DNA of 64,000 nt, from assembly GCF_030144855.1 (NCBI RefSeq), contig NC_082710.1, forward strand, positions 171,802,001 to 171,866,000, read 5' to 3'. Of the stretch, positions 24,716-38,240 are shown one piece after another. Source of the DNA: Hypanus sabinus. Its lineage: Eukaryota. The translations under genes and the position numbers were made by a program. Below the pieces are notes generated by a model, which ran no database searches, was not told where the DNA came from, and saw nothing but the letters and a program-made list of their open reading frames with translations. Numbering within the stretch: the first letter of the stretch is position 1; every line of letters starts with the position of its first letter.

Positions 24716-27235
24716 ACAAGGCTGAGTATGAACACAAGTGCAGAACACGGGTGCAGAGGCAGAGTCGGGAGGCTTTCTTGACGTAGCGAGCGTGGAATCG
24801 GTATCCAGGAGCGATGCTAGACTTAGAACTGGCAGTCCTAAGAACCATAAAACAGGGTTACTCACTCCGGAGTCGATCAACGAATGTGCAGGGGTGAAGC
24901 TTTTCCAAGCCTCTCGTCCTACCCCGGAGTGAGAGGCGTCCACCGCAACGATGAATTGACGGGATGGGTCCAGATGGACAAGGTGAAACGCCTCTTCAGG
25001 TCGGTGAATGCTGAGTCCGCTTCGGAGTCCCAGCAAAACTGTGTGGTAGGCGAAGTACGCCGGGTGAGGGGGGCCGCCACTCGACTGTAGTCTCTGATGA
25101 ATCTGTGGTAGAAATTTGCAAACCCCAGGAATCGTTGAAGTTGTTTGCGTGTCGTGGGTCTAGGCCATTTCTCCACTGCCCAGATCTTTTCCGGGTCTGC
25201 TTTACCTGCCCGCTTTCAATGATATAGCCTAGAAAGTTGACCGAAGGGACGTAGAACTGGCATTTGTCCGCCTTTGCAAATAACTGGTTTTCCCCACAAT
25301 CTCGGGAGGACGACGGACATGGTGTACGTGTTCTTGGGGGCAGCTAGAAAATATCAGGATATCGTCAAGGTAAACAAATACGAACCGATTGATAAAGTCC
25401 CTCAGTATGTCATTGAACAGGGTTTGGAAAACGGCAGAGGCATTGTTAAGGCAAGACTGGCTCCAATTGGCTATCCTCCCGGTAGTCTAGTCGATGTGGG
25501 GATTGTGTTGGGTCAGCCATGGGTACGCTGGAACTACCGGGGCTTGAGGTGAACGAATGAGACTGAACCGTACCTCCTCCCGATGGTTGCCGGAGAGGAT
25601 TAAGGTCAGGAGAAGCGTACAGTGGGTCACTCGAGCCAGCAGTCTTCCGTCCATGGCCCGGGCCTCCAGGGGTGTAGTTAGCGGCTCGCGAGGTATTTCA
25701 GCCTGGGAGGCTACGTTCTCGTCTAGCAGATAGCCCTTGGCACCGAAATACACCAAAGCGGATCGGGACAGAGACTGTCGTTGGTAATTCACAGTAGCCG
25801 GGATCTGCATACGAGTCTGGGGTGCAGAAGGGATATTGTCCGACTCAACAGGAGCCCTCCTTTTTTCACTATGCCCTCCCTTTTGGCGGCTGAGGGCAGG
25901 TATCCTGGAAATGTCCTGTTTGTCACAATATAAACAATCCCCAGCTCTCCACCTCTAAAGTCGTTCGGCCGTGGAGAGCTGGTTCCGTCCCAGCTGAATC
26001 GGTTCCTCCCCCAGGGTGCAGGGGACGGTCGGAACAGGAGCTACAGTTGGAGCGGCTGGTGACGGAAGGCTGGCTGGGACTGATAAAGTGGACAGTGGGC
26101 TTCCCCGAGGCACTGGGCGACTGGTTCTTGCTCTCAGTCGCTCTTGAAGGCGATTATATAATCTCGTGGCTAGCGAGATCAGAGAGTCCAGACAGTCCAT
26201 GTCGTCCCTCGCTGCCAGTTTATCCTTTATCTTGTCCGAGAGGCCCTGTCGAAACACCTCCTGCAGGGCCTCATCATTCCACTCTGAGATTGTGGCTAAG
26301 GTTCAGAACTCAGTGGAATACCTTGCTACGTTTCGCGAACCCTGACAAAGAGTCAACAAGCATTTGGCGCCTCCTTACCGCGAATGGATTGTTCGAAGAC
26401 CTTCCTCATTTCAGCATCAAAAGTGGGGAAAGAGGAACAAACCTCTGGTCGGTTATCGCATATCGCGGTTGCCCAGGCCAAGGCATCCCCTCATAAGAGT
26501 CCCAGGATGTACGCAATTATCGATTTATCTGAAGTGTAGGTACGTGGCTGTAGCTCAAAGACCAGAGAACATTGTAACACGAAGGCCCGGCACGTATAGG
26601 TCCTCAGCGTAGGGTTCGGGGTCGGGGACGTATGGCTCTCGAGGGGACTGTGTTGCTGATTCCGGGGGTGTCTCCATCCCGAGCGGTGCTGTTTGGGTAG
26701 TCGGGATTCTTGGAGAAGACAGAGGAAGGGAAGCCGAAACTCTATCCGCCTGCTCACTGACCTTCCGTACATTCATGGACAGCGAACGAAAGTTTTCCGT
26801 GACTTCGCTAAGTAGTTGGTAGTGGGAGCCCAGTAGGTAGCCCTGACTGGCGAGGACCTGTTGTACGGGATCCATGCCTGCTAGGTTCATTTAGGCAAGT
26901 TCGTTCTGTCGTAAGGACAAGGCTGAGGATGAACTCAAGTGCAGAACATGGGCCCGGAGGTAGAGTCGGGAGGCGTTCTTGACGTAGTGAGCGTGGAATC
27001 GGAATCCAGCAGCGATGCTAGACTTAGAACTGGCAGTCCTAAGAACCATGAAACAAGGTTACTCACACCGGAGTCGACCAACGAACTGGCAGTTCCTTGT
27101 TGTGCTCACAGGATTTCTATACTGCATTTGCTGATGGAAAACAGGTCATTGTTGTTAGTGGAACCTGGGAACGATTGGAACTAAACGAGATCCAATTGCA
27201 GTGGTAAGTAGCCAACTGGGGGATTGCCAGAAGGG
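24716..27235 (-). mobile_element. Sushi-like Gypsy element, internally deleted (LTR-gag-PR-RT fragments-partial LTR)
   Basis: 5' LTR ends at 26907; gag MNLAGMDPVQQVL, CRAFVLQCSLVFELQPRTYTS; [10 protein letters not shown] near 25360; [14 protein letters not shown]; partial LTR 24716-24890 similar to 21726-22103. Confidence 0.85.
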
Positions 27236-27339
27236 ACCAGGACAGTTTTATTCCTCAGTCATATTTTAAGCAATTAGATTCAATTATTATACCCTTCATT
27301 TGGATTTATAAAGCTATTATAATTACTAAAACAAAAGCA

Positions 27340-28205
27340 CTTGTCAAAGCCTGAGGAAGCAGGTGGTTTTGCTAAACCGAACGTTAAAATGTATTATTGG
27401 GCCGGCCACGTATCCATTCTTGTGTGGCGGAAAAAGGCCCATTCTCTACCACAGACTCGTGCCCAGCATGATTTCTCATAGAGCGAATGCTTTGTAAGAA
27501 GACTTTCTTAACAGCTCTCCTTAATAGCCCCACTGCAGTTAATAAGTAACATTCTAGTAACACCTTCGTGGTGAGCAGCACTATAAGAACTTGGAAGCAG
27601 ATTCAACTACACATTAAGGCCCCAAAAACTTATATTGACACTCCAATCTGTGACAATCATTCCTTTTTGCCTGGCCTGAATGAGACTGTTTATTCCACCT
27701 GGAAACAGAGAGGCGACCTACATATAGTATAGGTGTAACATATAGTAAACAGTATAGGTATAGGTGACCTACATAGTAATGGAAACTTTGCCTCATTTGC
27801 ACAGTTACAAGCAGTTTACAATATCCCTGCATTTAGTTGTTTTAGATATTTACAAATTCGAGATTATGTTAGGAAATACATACTTAACTTTGAGGTTTTA
27901 GACAAACATGAGTCCCTGAAGGCAATAAATAAACTTGATACTGTTACTCGTAGTGTGGTATCCTATTTTTCTCAGATCCTACATAAGTGAGCTCGGGTGA
28001 ATACTGCAGGTCTTAAACAGGCATGGGTGGGTGAATTGGGCATAGAACTGACCGAAGAGGTCTGGGATGTATGTTTGAAATGTATACGTGATTGTTCGGT
28101 CAACGTTAGACACAGACTCAGACAGTTTAAAACATTACATAGACTCCATTATTCTAAAGAAAAGTTGCATAGCTTCTACCCAGATGTTTCACCAGTTTGT
28201 AATGG
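27340..28205 (+). mobile_element. L1-clade ORF2 3' fragment
   Basis: LKQAWVGELG...HRLRQFKTLHRLHYSKEKLHSFYPDVSPVC. Confidence 0.75.
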
Positions 28206-28336
28206 AGGTATAAGCGACTTTGACCTTGGACTGATTGATGTTGTCAGAATTGGTGATTTGAGTATATCAGCCATTGGTGATCTCCTGGGACTTCGTGGGA
28301 CTTTTACCCACAATGGTATGTCGAGTTTACAGACAG

Positions 28337-28340
<4 letters not shown>

Positions 28341-28371
<31 letters not shown>
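28341..28371. repeat. (CT)n microsatellite
   Basis: Direct reading. Confidence 0.95.
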
Positions 28372-28373
<2 letters not shown>

Positions 28374-28399
28374 GGGAGTACAAACCCAGAGCCGTCAAA

Positions 28400-29330
28400 C
28401 GTTTCTCGTATGATAACCCTTTCATCCCTGGAATCATTCTTGTGAACCACCTCTGGACCTCTCCAATGTCAACGCATCTTTTCTTAAAAGCAGAGACCAA
28501 AGTCTTTCAGAACAGACAAAGAGCGGTCTTACCAGTGCCTCATAAAACCTCAGCATCACATTCCCGATATTCCCTTTTCTATTCACCCTTCCCTACTAGT
28601 CTGCGGGCAAAGTGCTACATGTGTCCATTCAGATCTCCGTTCATATTCATTCGGCACCAAAGCAGTCCTTCCAGAGGAGGCAATACTTTTTCCACAAATC
28701 TGCTGGGGTCGTTTATTGTGTCCGGTGCTCCCAATGTGACCTCTTCTGCATTGATGAGACTCGTGGTAAACTGGGAGAGCACTTCATTGTGCACCTTCGT
28801 TCCATCTGCCAAAAGTGGAACTTCCCGCTGGGCAAACATTTTAATTCTGATTCCCATTCCCGTAACCAAATATTGGACGATGGCCTCCTCTAGGTGGAGG
28901 AGCAATACATCACATTCATTCGCGGTAGCCTCCAGTTGATGGCATGAATACCGATTTCTCCTTCCAGTATGAAAAATCCTTCCCTCTCCCTCTTCTTCTT
29001 TTCGCTGTTCTGGCCTCTTACTTCTCATCAGCTGCCTGTCACCTCGCTGAGTCCTTTCCTCCTTTTTCTCCTATGGTCCACACTCCTCTCCTATCAGATT
29101 CTTTCCTTTCCAGCTCTTCACCTTTCCAGCCCACCGAGCGTCACCTGCCACCTTTCAACCTTCCAGATGTCCACCATCCCAGCCCCTACTTTTTATTCTG
29201 GCCTTACCCCCCCCCCCCCACTTTACAATTCTGAAGAAGGGTGTCGGTGCGAATCGTCGATGGATGCTGGCATGGATGGTGCCTGACCAGGTAATTTGCT
29301 CCAGCGTTTTCTGTGTGTTGTTTCAGAGCC
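28400..29330 (+). mobile_element. Penelope-like element 3' part (GIY-YIG endonuclease and tail)
   Basis: SAGVVYCVRCSQCDLFCIDETRGKLGEHFIVHLRS (decayed GIY-YIG), pyrimidine-rich UTR, ctgaagaagggt...gatgg.gcctgacc..tttgctccagc tail. Confidence 0.8.
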
Positions 29331-30849
29331 TGTCATTCCCAATTTGTAATCGGGAATACTCGGCATCGAAGGATTCAGAGGATTGAGACCATGGAGTAAT
29401 GGAGACTTACATTGTGTTTGTTTTCTAACACGTCGAAGTTGGTGTGCAAATTTCTGAATAGATCCTTCCCAACTTTTTCGTCAAAGCTTTCAGATATAAA
29501 AATAGCAGGGCTGTGTTAATGAGAGATCTTAAATTTTGCGATATTGACACAGACACAGTGGAACTTGCGATTTGTGTCCAGGAACGTTTCCCAAGTCAAT
29601 GTATTATTCGGTAGATTGAAAACTGGACCTCCTCCTCGGGAACTAAATAACTGAAGTGGCAGTCTTTGAGCAAATTGGTTCTAGGACCAACACTCTGTTC
29701 TCTTAAACTGGAGTACGTCTAATTGTAGGTCGATTGGGTGAGCCCATTTGAAAAGAATGACACATGGAAGGCTTTTAAGAGTGTAATAACAAAACAGTAC
29801 GTCTTGTTAGGATAAATAAACGGTAAACCTGTCAAAACAAGGTAGATAAGGGTAGGGCAGTGGATGCTGTGTATTTGAAGTTCAAAGCTTTCGATAAGGT
29901 CCTGCTGGGCAGTCTATTCTAGAAGTTTGGGTCCCATGTAATCGAGGAAGACCTGGTTGGGTGGGTTCAGAATTGGCTTGGAGATAGAACTCAGAAGGCA
30001 TTTGTCAGAATGGGGACTGATAATTAGATGTCTGCTACAGGAGTCGGTATTGGGACTTTTGTGGTTTATATAAATCGTTTGGATGCGAATGCACAATGCT
30101 TCAAAGTTCAAAGTAAAGTTTATTACCAGAGTACGTACTGTACATGTCATCACATCAACCCTGACATTCTTTTATTTTGCAGACTTAACATATTTGTTTT
30201 ATAAGCTTGGGGACGATACTAAATTAAGCAGTGTTGTTGATAATAAACAACATTATCATAGATTAAAGGGGAATCGTAACCAGTGGGAGAGATGGACTGA
30301 AAGTAGATCCTATTGAAGGGTCGCTCCAAGTGGAAACAGAGACGATTACCAGCACGAGGTGGGAAGCAATATAAGAGCAAGAACGGAAAGTTGCAATGGG
30401 CAAAAGGAACCAGGTGGAAGAGAGTGTGGAACATTGCAAGGCAGATGATAGGTATGACAAGTTGGGATGGAATCATGGGCCTGAGATCCAAAGGGATGGG
30501 GGAGCCGGGGCAGTAAACTGAGAGAGAAAAGACGTAGACAGGGTAGGAGAGCAACGCGGTATGGGTTAAATAAAATTATAAATGTCTGTGTTCATATAGT
30601 GCAAACTATCAACCAGTTGGCAGATAAAATACTTTACTTCCAATTCCTCTTTGGAATGTGCAAGCAATAGATAAGGCGGGGGTAGAAAGGTCGGTGTGTG
30701 AATGGAAAGGATAGTTAAAGTGACATTAACAGACTACGAGTAATTAAGAAATTTTATGAAAATTTGCAGTTTTAATAATTTTGTGAAGCCTTGTTCCTCG
30801 TCTAGAATTATTTTTGGAAATGATCGGTGCCGCACTGAAATAGTTGAAC

Positions 30850-31200
30850 CAATGTCATCCACTTTTCGGGCAAGCTAGAGGTGTGTGGAAAGTCGCAGAC
30901 TTTTCCCAGGGCTGAAATGGCTGACACAAGAGGGCACATGTTTACCGTGCTGGAGAGCAGGAACAGAGGAGATGTCAGGGGTAAATTTTTTATGCAGAGA
31001 TTGCTGAGTGCTTGGAAAGGGCTGCTGGCAACTGTGGTGGAGGCGGATACGATAGGGTCTTTTGAGAGAATTTTATATAGGTACATGGAGCTTAGAAATA
31101 AAGAGGGCTATGGGTAACCCTAGTAATTTCTAAAGTAGGGACAAATTCGGCACAACTTTGTAGGTCAAAGGGCCTGTATTGTACTCTAGGTTTTCTCTGT
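30850..31200 (+). mobile_element. CR1 3' end
   Basis: TRGHMFTVL..RNRGDVRGKFFMQRLLSAWKGL motif plus tail. Confidence 0.8.
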
Positions 31201-32214
31201 TTTTATGCTTTTTAAGTCATCAGCTTTTGACACTTGGTCCATTGAAAACACTCCAGAATGGGTAGTCATGAATTATTTGTATGATTTATATTTGAAGCTC
31301 AAGCTGCAAATATTTATAGATGTTTATGCACAATTCTGCAGTTCAAATTGCAGTTAGTGTAGATGGCTTGATTGAGATTTCAATTTAATGAAATCTCTTC
31401 ATCGCATATTCCAATTAATTAAGGATTCTAATTATTTTCCACTTGATATATTTTACTTTAACAAGGCTCGATATTCGCTGCAAAATGCAAGATGAATATT
31501 CAATTGCATATTCTTTGTTCATATTTTTTTTAATGTTCGTTAAACGAACCTAGTATAATCAGCCAGATTACTGCTTAAAATCAACTCTCATTCCATATCT
31601 GGAATGTAAACCAGCTGCTCCTGTGTGATTGATGCATAGCCAATGAAAAACAATAGGCACTATGTATACGTACTGAACAATGGACTTTAACAGCCCATAC
31701 TCGGGAATTAGTCCACACTATGGTCAAATTGGTGTGCATTTTGTAATAACGTTTGTTAGGCTATCAGTCCTTAGTTATAACATGGGCTCGGAGACGAAAT
31801 TAAGATATGATTGAAAATGAGACCCGTCATTTCAGTTGTCGACACGGGGATGTTGAACACTTTTGTTCCAGAACATTGCTGTTGTTTTATTGATCTATTT
31901 TTATAACCTGTTTTGAATCTCCCCTGAATATCTCCGGTTCTGATAAATGAAACATCAGCATCCTAGCGAATCGCAGCTGATGGCTAACTTCATGGGGTCC
32001 TGGGTCCGGGTGTTCCTGTGACAGGGTGATCCTGGGGCCTGGCAGTACCGGGACACAAGTGTTTTAAGGACGTTTGCGAAACGGAACACTGGAGGGTCTA
32101 GCAGCTTGAGCACTCTCGCGACCCCCCCCCCCCCCCCGCACCGTCGACAGATATTGCTGACATATTTTCAGACAATTTCGGAGAGCACTAGAGGAATTGT
32201 TAGCCGTTTTAGAC

Positions 32215-34870
32215 CATAATCAGAATCAGGGAAGCAGGTTTAATACCACCAGCATATGCCGTGAAATTTGTTGTCTTTTTAGCAGCAGTACATCGTAATT
32301 CATAATAATAGACATACGCGATTTATAATAAATAAATAGTTAAATAAGATAAGTAGGGAAAAATTAGAAATTAAAACGTAGGGAGGTGGTGTTCATGGGT
32401 CCAATGCCCATTCAGAAATCGGATAGCAAAGGGGAAGAAGTTGTTCCTGAATCGTTGAGTGTGTCCTTTAGGCTTCTGTACCTCCTTCCTGATGGGGGCA
32501 CTGAGATCAGGCATGACCGGAGTTACGGGGTTCCTTAATGATGGATACTGCCTTTTTGAGTCATCGCTCCTTGAAGATGTCCTGGATACTATGGAGACTA
32601 GTGTCCGTGATGGAGCATAAAACCACAAGGAATATGAGCAGAATTAGGCCATATGGCCCATGGAGACTTCTTCGCCATTTGATCCTGGTTGATCAATGTC
32701 CCTGTCAACTACATTCTTCTACATTCCCCATAACCATTCACGCCCGAACGTATCGAGAATCTACCAAACTCCGTCTTAAATACACTCAGTGACCTGGCCT
32801 CCATAGCTCACTGTGGCAACGAATTACACCAATTCACTGCCCTCTGGCTAACAAGAATCCGTTGTAATTTCCCTTGAACTGTACGTCCATCAATTCTAAT
32901 ATTGTGCTCTGTGGTCCCACTTCCGCACATTCTCCCCACATCTACTCTATCTTGGACATCCTACATTCGATAGGTTTCAATGAGCTTCCCAATTATTCTT
33001 CTAAATTCCGGCGCGTACATTCCTAGAGCCATCGAAACTCATCATATAATAAGCCTTTCAATCCTGAAATCATTTTCAGGAACTTCCCTTGAACCCTCGG
33101 CAACATCAACACATCCTGTTGGAGACAAGGGGCCCCAAACTGTTCACGGTTCCTCGTAAGGCCCCATCAGTGCCTTAAAAATCCTCATTATTACATCCTT
33201 GTTTTCATATTCTGGTCCTCTCAAATGAAAGCTAACATTTCATATGCCTTCCTCACCACCGGCATTGGAAAGTGTATGGTCATGCACTTTGGTGGAAGAA
33301 ATAAACGGGAAGACTATTATTTAGATGGGGAGAGAATTCAAAATGCAAAGATGCAAAGAGACTTGGCAGTCCTTCTGCAAGATACCCTAAAGGTTAACCT
33401 ACAGGTTGAGTCGGTGGTGAAGAAGGCGAATAATATGTTGGCATTCATTTCTAGAGGTATAGAATAAAAGAGAAAGGATGTGATGTTGAGGCTCTATAAG
33501 TCACTCTTGAGATCACACGGAGTACTGTGTGCAGTTTTGGGCTCCTTTTTTATACTTATATTGGAGAGGGTTCAGAGAAGATTCACGAGAATGATTCCAA
33601 GAATGAGGGGGTTACCGTATGAGGAACATCTGGCAGCTCTTGTGCTGTATTCCCTGGAGTTCAGCAGAATGCGGGGGGGGGGGAAATCTCATAGAAACAT
33701 TCCAAATGTTAAAAGGCAGAACAGGTTAGATATGGCAAGGTTATTTCCCATGATAGGGGATTCTAAGACAAGAGGGCACGACTTCAGGTTTGAAGGACGT
33801 CCTTTTAGAACTGAGACGTGGAAAAATTATTTTAGACAGAAGGTGGTAAAGCTGTGGAATTTGTTGCCACATGCGGCTGTGGAGGCCAAGTCATTAGCTG
33901 TATTTTAGGCAGAGATAAATAGGCCCTTGATTAGCCAGGGAATAAAAGGGTATGGCGTGAAAACAGGGGAGGGGGGATGACAGGTTGAAGTGGATCAGCC
34001 CATGATTGAATGGCGAAGCAGACTCGATGGGCCGAATGGCCTGTTTTTTTCTCCCATATCATATGGTTACGGTATTATGGACTCAACTTGCCATTTAGCC
34101 TTCAGGAAATCCTATTCGACTCAACTTGCCATTTAGCCTTCAGGAAATCCTAGTCGAGGACCCCCAAGTCCATTTGCAGCTTGGATTTTTGAAGGTTCTT
34201 ACCGTTTGGAAAGTACTGTATGCCTTTATTCTTTCTACCAAAAATAATGACCACACACTTCCGGAGACATTCTACAGCCACTTCTTCGCCCATTCTCTTA
34301 CTCTGTCTAAGCCATTCTGCAGATCCCTGCTTCGTCACCACTATCTTCCCCTCTACCTATCATCGTATCGTGAGGTAATGCGGCCACAACGGTATCAATT
34401 CCATGATCCAAATTATTGACAGCGTAAATACAAGCTGTCGGAGCACCGACCCCCGTGGAGCACTGGCAGGCAATCAGAGAAGGCTCTATTTATTACCAAA
34501 TCTTACCCCCTGCCAATGAGCCATTGCTCTGTCCATTCTGGTATCTTTCCTGTAATACCATGGCCCCTTACATTGCTAAGCAGTTTCATGTGCGGCACCT
34601 TGTCAAGGGTGTTCTGCAAATCCACGTGCACAGTACCCACCATTTCTCGTTAGTCTATCCTGCTTGCTAGTTCCTCAAAGAATCCGGCAATATTTCCCTT
34701 TAGCGAAACCATGCTGACTTCACCTGTTTTGCCATGCGCTTTCAAGTACCTCGAAACCTCATCCTTAAAATTCGACTCTAACATCTTCTGAATCACTACG
34801 ATCAGGCCAACTGGCCTATAGTCTCTTTTTGTCTGCCTTCCTCCGTTCCTGAACAGTGGAGTGATATTCC
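32215..34870. mobile_element. TE pile: Rex1/Babar tail (-, about 32215-32600), CR1 (-, about 32610-33250), CR1 (+, about 33255-34075), CR1 (-, about 34120-34870)
   Basis: HTQRFRNNFFP (Rex1-like); KCMVMHFG, ERVQRRFTRMIP and TRGHDF (CR1); about 39-bp direct repeat at 34080/34119. Confidence 0.8.
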
Positions 34871-36699
34871 CTTACTGTATTGAGCCTCTTCTCTACGAAA
34901 GGACGTGCTGGCATTGGCCAGGAACGTTTGATTGTTCTGGGACTGTACTCACTGGTATTTAGAAATATGAAGGAAACCTTCTCATGGAAACCTATTGAAC
35001 ATTAAACTGCCCAGATAAAATGGCCGTGGAGAGGATGTTTCTTATAATAGCTGAGTCTAGGACCAGACGGTACAGTCTCAGAATAGAAGGACTTCCCTTT
35101 TGAACAAATATGGGAGGATTTCTTTAGCCAGAAGATGGCGAATCTGTAAAATTCATTAGCAAAGATGTCTGTGGAGGCCATGTCATTTCGTATGCTTAAA
35201 GCGGATGTTGCTAGTTTCTTGATTAGTAAGGTCTGGTAAGGTTTTGAGAAAAACAAACAGGAGAAGGAGGTTGTGAGGAACAATGTATTAGTCATCACAC
35301 AATACGGTGCGTTATGGTCAAATTCTGCTTCTTTTTCTCATGATATTCTACACAGACCCAGGCCTTTACCCGGTAAACACAAAACACAAAACACAAAACA
35401 CAACTGACCATTGATACGGCGATTGTGGTGTCAGACTCTGCTGCACCTGCTCCCCAACAGCAGAATGTTAAATGTAAAATAACAACGGTTTCAGAATACA
35501 TACTTATCTCTATAATGCCTCTAGTGAGTATATATTTAAGGAAACCCAAAAGACCGAGAGATAAAAATTAATATATAAATGGTCTCACTTCTGAACAAAA
35601 AGCAGGGAAGTGAGAATTCAGCATCTGCAACGCTAACTAGACAAGTGTCTGCTAATTTTGCAAACATACTTGTTTAAATCATCAGTATTGCTCAATTCTA
35701 GCTTTTTTTCTATCAAACTGCAGCGTCAATTGGACTGCCTCCAAAGATCGCACGACTGCAGGGAAGTAAAGCTGAATAGGAAGAACTTTTCATGGAATAA
35801 AATGAATCACGTTGAGGCGATTTTCCTTCACAGAATTGCTTTACTCTCTAGTTACTGAGAACTGGGACAAGTGCTGATTTCTTAGGGAGATGTTTGCTTA
35901 CTGAGATCCCTACTAATCAATTGGGATTATGATGGGACTAAGAAAACGAAAAAAGTGGAGACCTTAAGTGGCACGCAGGATGCGAAGAAAATAATGTTCC
36001 ATGCTGCATGCCACAAGCGGGAATTTCAGTTTCAAATCCCCCTTTTGGTTCTGACAAGACAGTGCTGACGTGATAAATTTTATTCTGGATTTCCTTCTTT
36101 TACGTTTGGAATGTCTTTGCGTGTGTGTGATTGCACAGTCGACGAGAGGTCAGAAACGTCTGATTGTTAAAGTAAGTGGTCTTCTGTTTTCCACATTTAC
36201 TTAAAGCGTAGCAGCGAACGAATTCCCTGTAGTATAATATACCTATACGTATTATTTTTCTTTATTATAATACTTGGCTTCTACCCTCGTCCTTTCCAGT
36301 CCTGATAAAAGGTCATGACCCGAAACGTCCTGACCAGATGAATTCCTCTGGCATTTTGTGTGCGCAGCTGCAAAACTTAGCTGAAAATGTATTGAAGGAA
36401 ACATTTTTGAAAAGCAGAGATCAAGTTCACTAAAACATAAAAAGGAGAAAATATTAACGAAATTATTGCAGCCAGTTATGTTGTTGGACTCAGCTCCGAA
36501 CCATAGCTAGAAAGGATTAACTTACTTAGGTAGGGGCAGAAGGTACTTGTTGAGCCAAGATATTAATTGCTAAAGATAGTTTTTTTTGGTTACGCTGTAA
36601 GAATAGATTTGATGTGCAGTATATTTGATGTCGCTCATACGATTTTAACAAAACTCTTCATAAACTTCCCAATGAAGACCATTGGCAAATAAAGATCAA

Positions 36700-38240
36700 A
36701 ATTCAAATTTCAAAGTGCAAAATACTTTCTTATTAATGCGCATATATATCACCATATACAACATTACGATTCATTTGCTTGGGGACAAATTCAATAAATC
36801 CACAATAGAATAATAATCATAATAGAATCAGTGAAAGACTTGGTCGTTTAGCCAGTGAGCAAAAGGCAACAAGCTGTTGTCAAAACAAATGCAAAAAGGA
36901 AGAAGTAATAATAACAGATAAGTAAGCAATAAATATGGAGAACATTTAATGACGAGTTCTTGAAAGTGAGTTCATTAGTTATGGGAATATTTAAGTGATG
37001 GGGCAAGTAAAGTGAAGTGAAGTTATCCGTCTTGGTTAAACAGCTTAATGGTTAAAAGTGTAATAACTGTTCCTGAAACTGGTGGCGTGGGTCCTAAAGC
37101 TCCCAATCTTCTTCCCGATGGCAGCANNNNNNNNNNNNNNNNNNNNNNNNNNNNNNNNNNNNNNNNNNNNNNNNNNNNNNNNNNNNNNNNNNNNNNNNNN
37201 NNNNNNNNNNNNNNNNNNNNNNNNNNNNNNNNNNNNNNNNNNNNNNNNNNNNNNNNNNNNNNNNNNNNNNNNNNNNNNNNNNNNNGAGGTATCCTTGATG
37301 ATGTATGTTTTCCTGTGGCAATGCTTCATATAGTTATGCTCAGTGCTGGGGAGGTCTTTACCCGTGGAAGGGGATTGGTGTTTCAAACCAGGTTGTGAGA
37401 CAACCAGTCAGTATTCTCCCCAATACGCGTCCATTGATGCTAGTCAAGATTTTAGATGGTATGCCGAATCGTTGAAAACTCATCAGGAAGTTGAGCTGCT
37501 AGCATGCGTTCTTCGTAATTGCACTTAAATGCTGGGCACAGGACAGATCCCCTGAAATAATAACACCAAGGAATTTAAAGTTGCTGACCCTCTCCACCTC
37601 TCATCTTCCAATGAGGGATGGATCATTGACCTCTGGTTTTCTCCTTCTGAAGTCAGGAATCAGTTCCTTGGTCTTCCTCTCATTAGGTAAGAGATATTTG
37701 TTATGGCACCAATCAGGCAATTTTTCAATCCGGTCAAAATGCCGCTTGCGAACAGCGATTCCTCGGGCGACATTTTGCAGAACCCAGCCAATCTCTTCAA
37801 TTATTTCACGTTCTCTACATATTCTGCTTGTTCTTTGTGCCTTGATCGGAAACTGCTGGTACCTGTGACGTGCAGTTCAGAACTCTGTCAAATGATCTAG
37901 CACAGTGCTGTACCGGAGTACGTACTGCCTCATGCCGAAGACCAGAGACGGTGCGTGGGGTCATGAACGACTCCATTTTGAAGCGACGAGGAAGATGTGG
38001 AGGAATCAGCGGTCACTCACCAAGGAGGCTGCTGCGTCGATGGCGGTCGATAGCCGGGTCAGCGGCGTGGAGGTTGTTTTTGAAATTCTTAGACACGTGA
38101 TTATTGGCAGTAGTTTATATCGGTCTCCTTCGGTTCTCACTGTTTCCTTTCTTGTCGATTGGTGGGTGGATGATATGTTGCTTTTTGTGCGAGGGAGGAG
38201 TTGAAGATTATTGCTGGTGTTCATGTTGGTGATATGATTT
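36700..38240 (-). mobile_element. Rex1/Babar-like LINE fragments spanning an N gap
   Basis: Minus-strand FRTHATSFRNSY and HCHRKTY; antisense tail similar to the Rex1 pieces at 39908 onward. Confidence 0.6.
37127..37286. other. Assembly gap (160 N)
   Basis: Run of N. Confidence 1.

Noticed and set aside
24040-28205. One L1 split by a 3.7-kb inversion
   Set aside because: Both fragments contain the same ...PVC region, so they are overlapping separate copies.
28274-28939. 221-aa ORF as a novel gene
   Set aside because: An alternative frame over a (CT)n tract and a Penelope endonuclease remnant.
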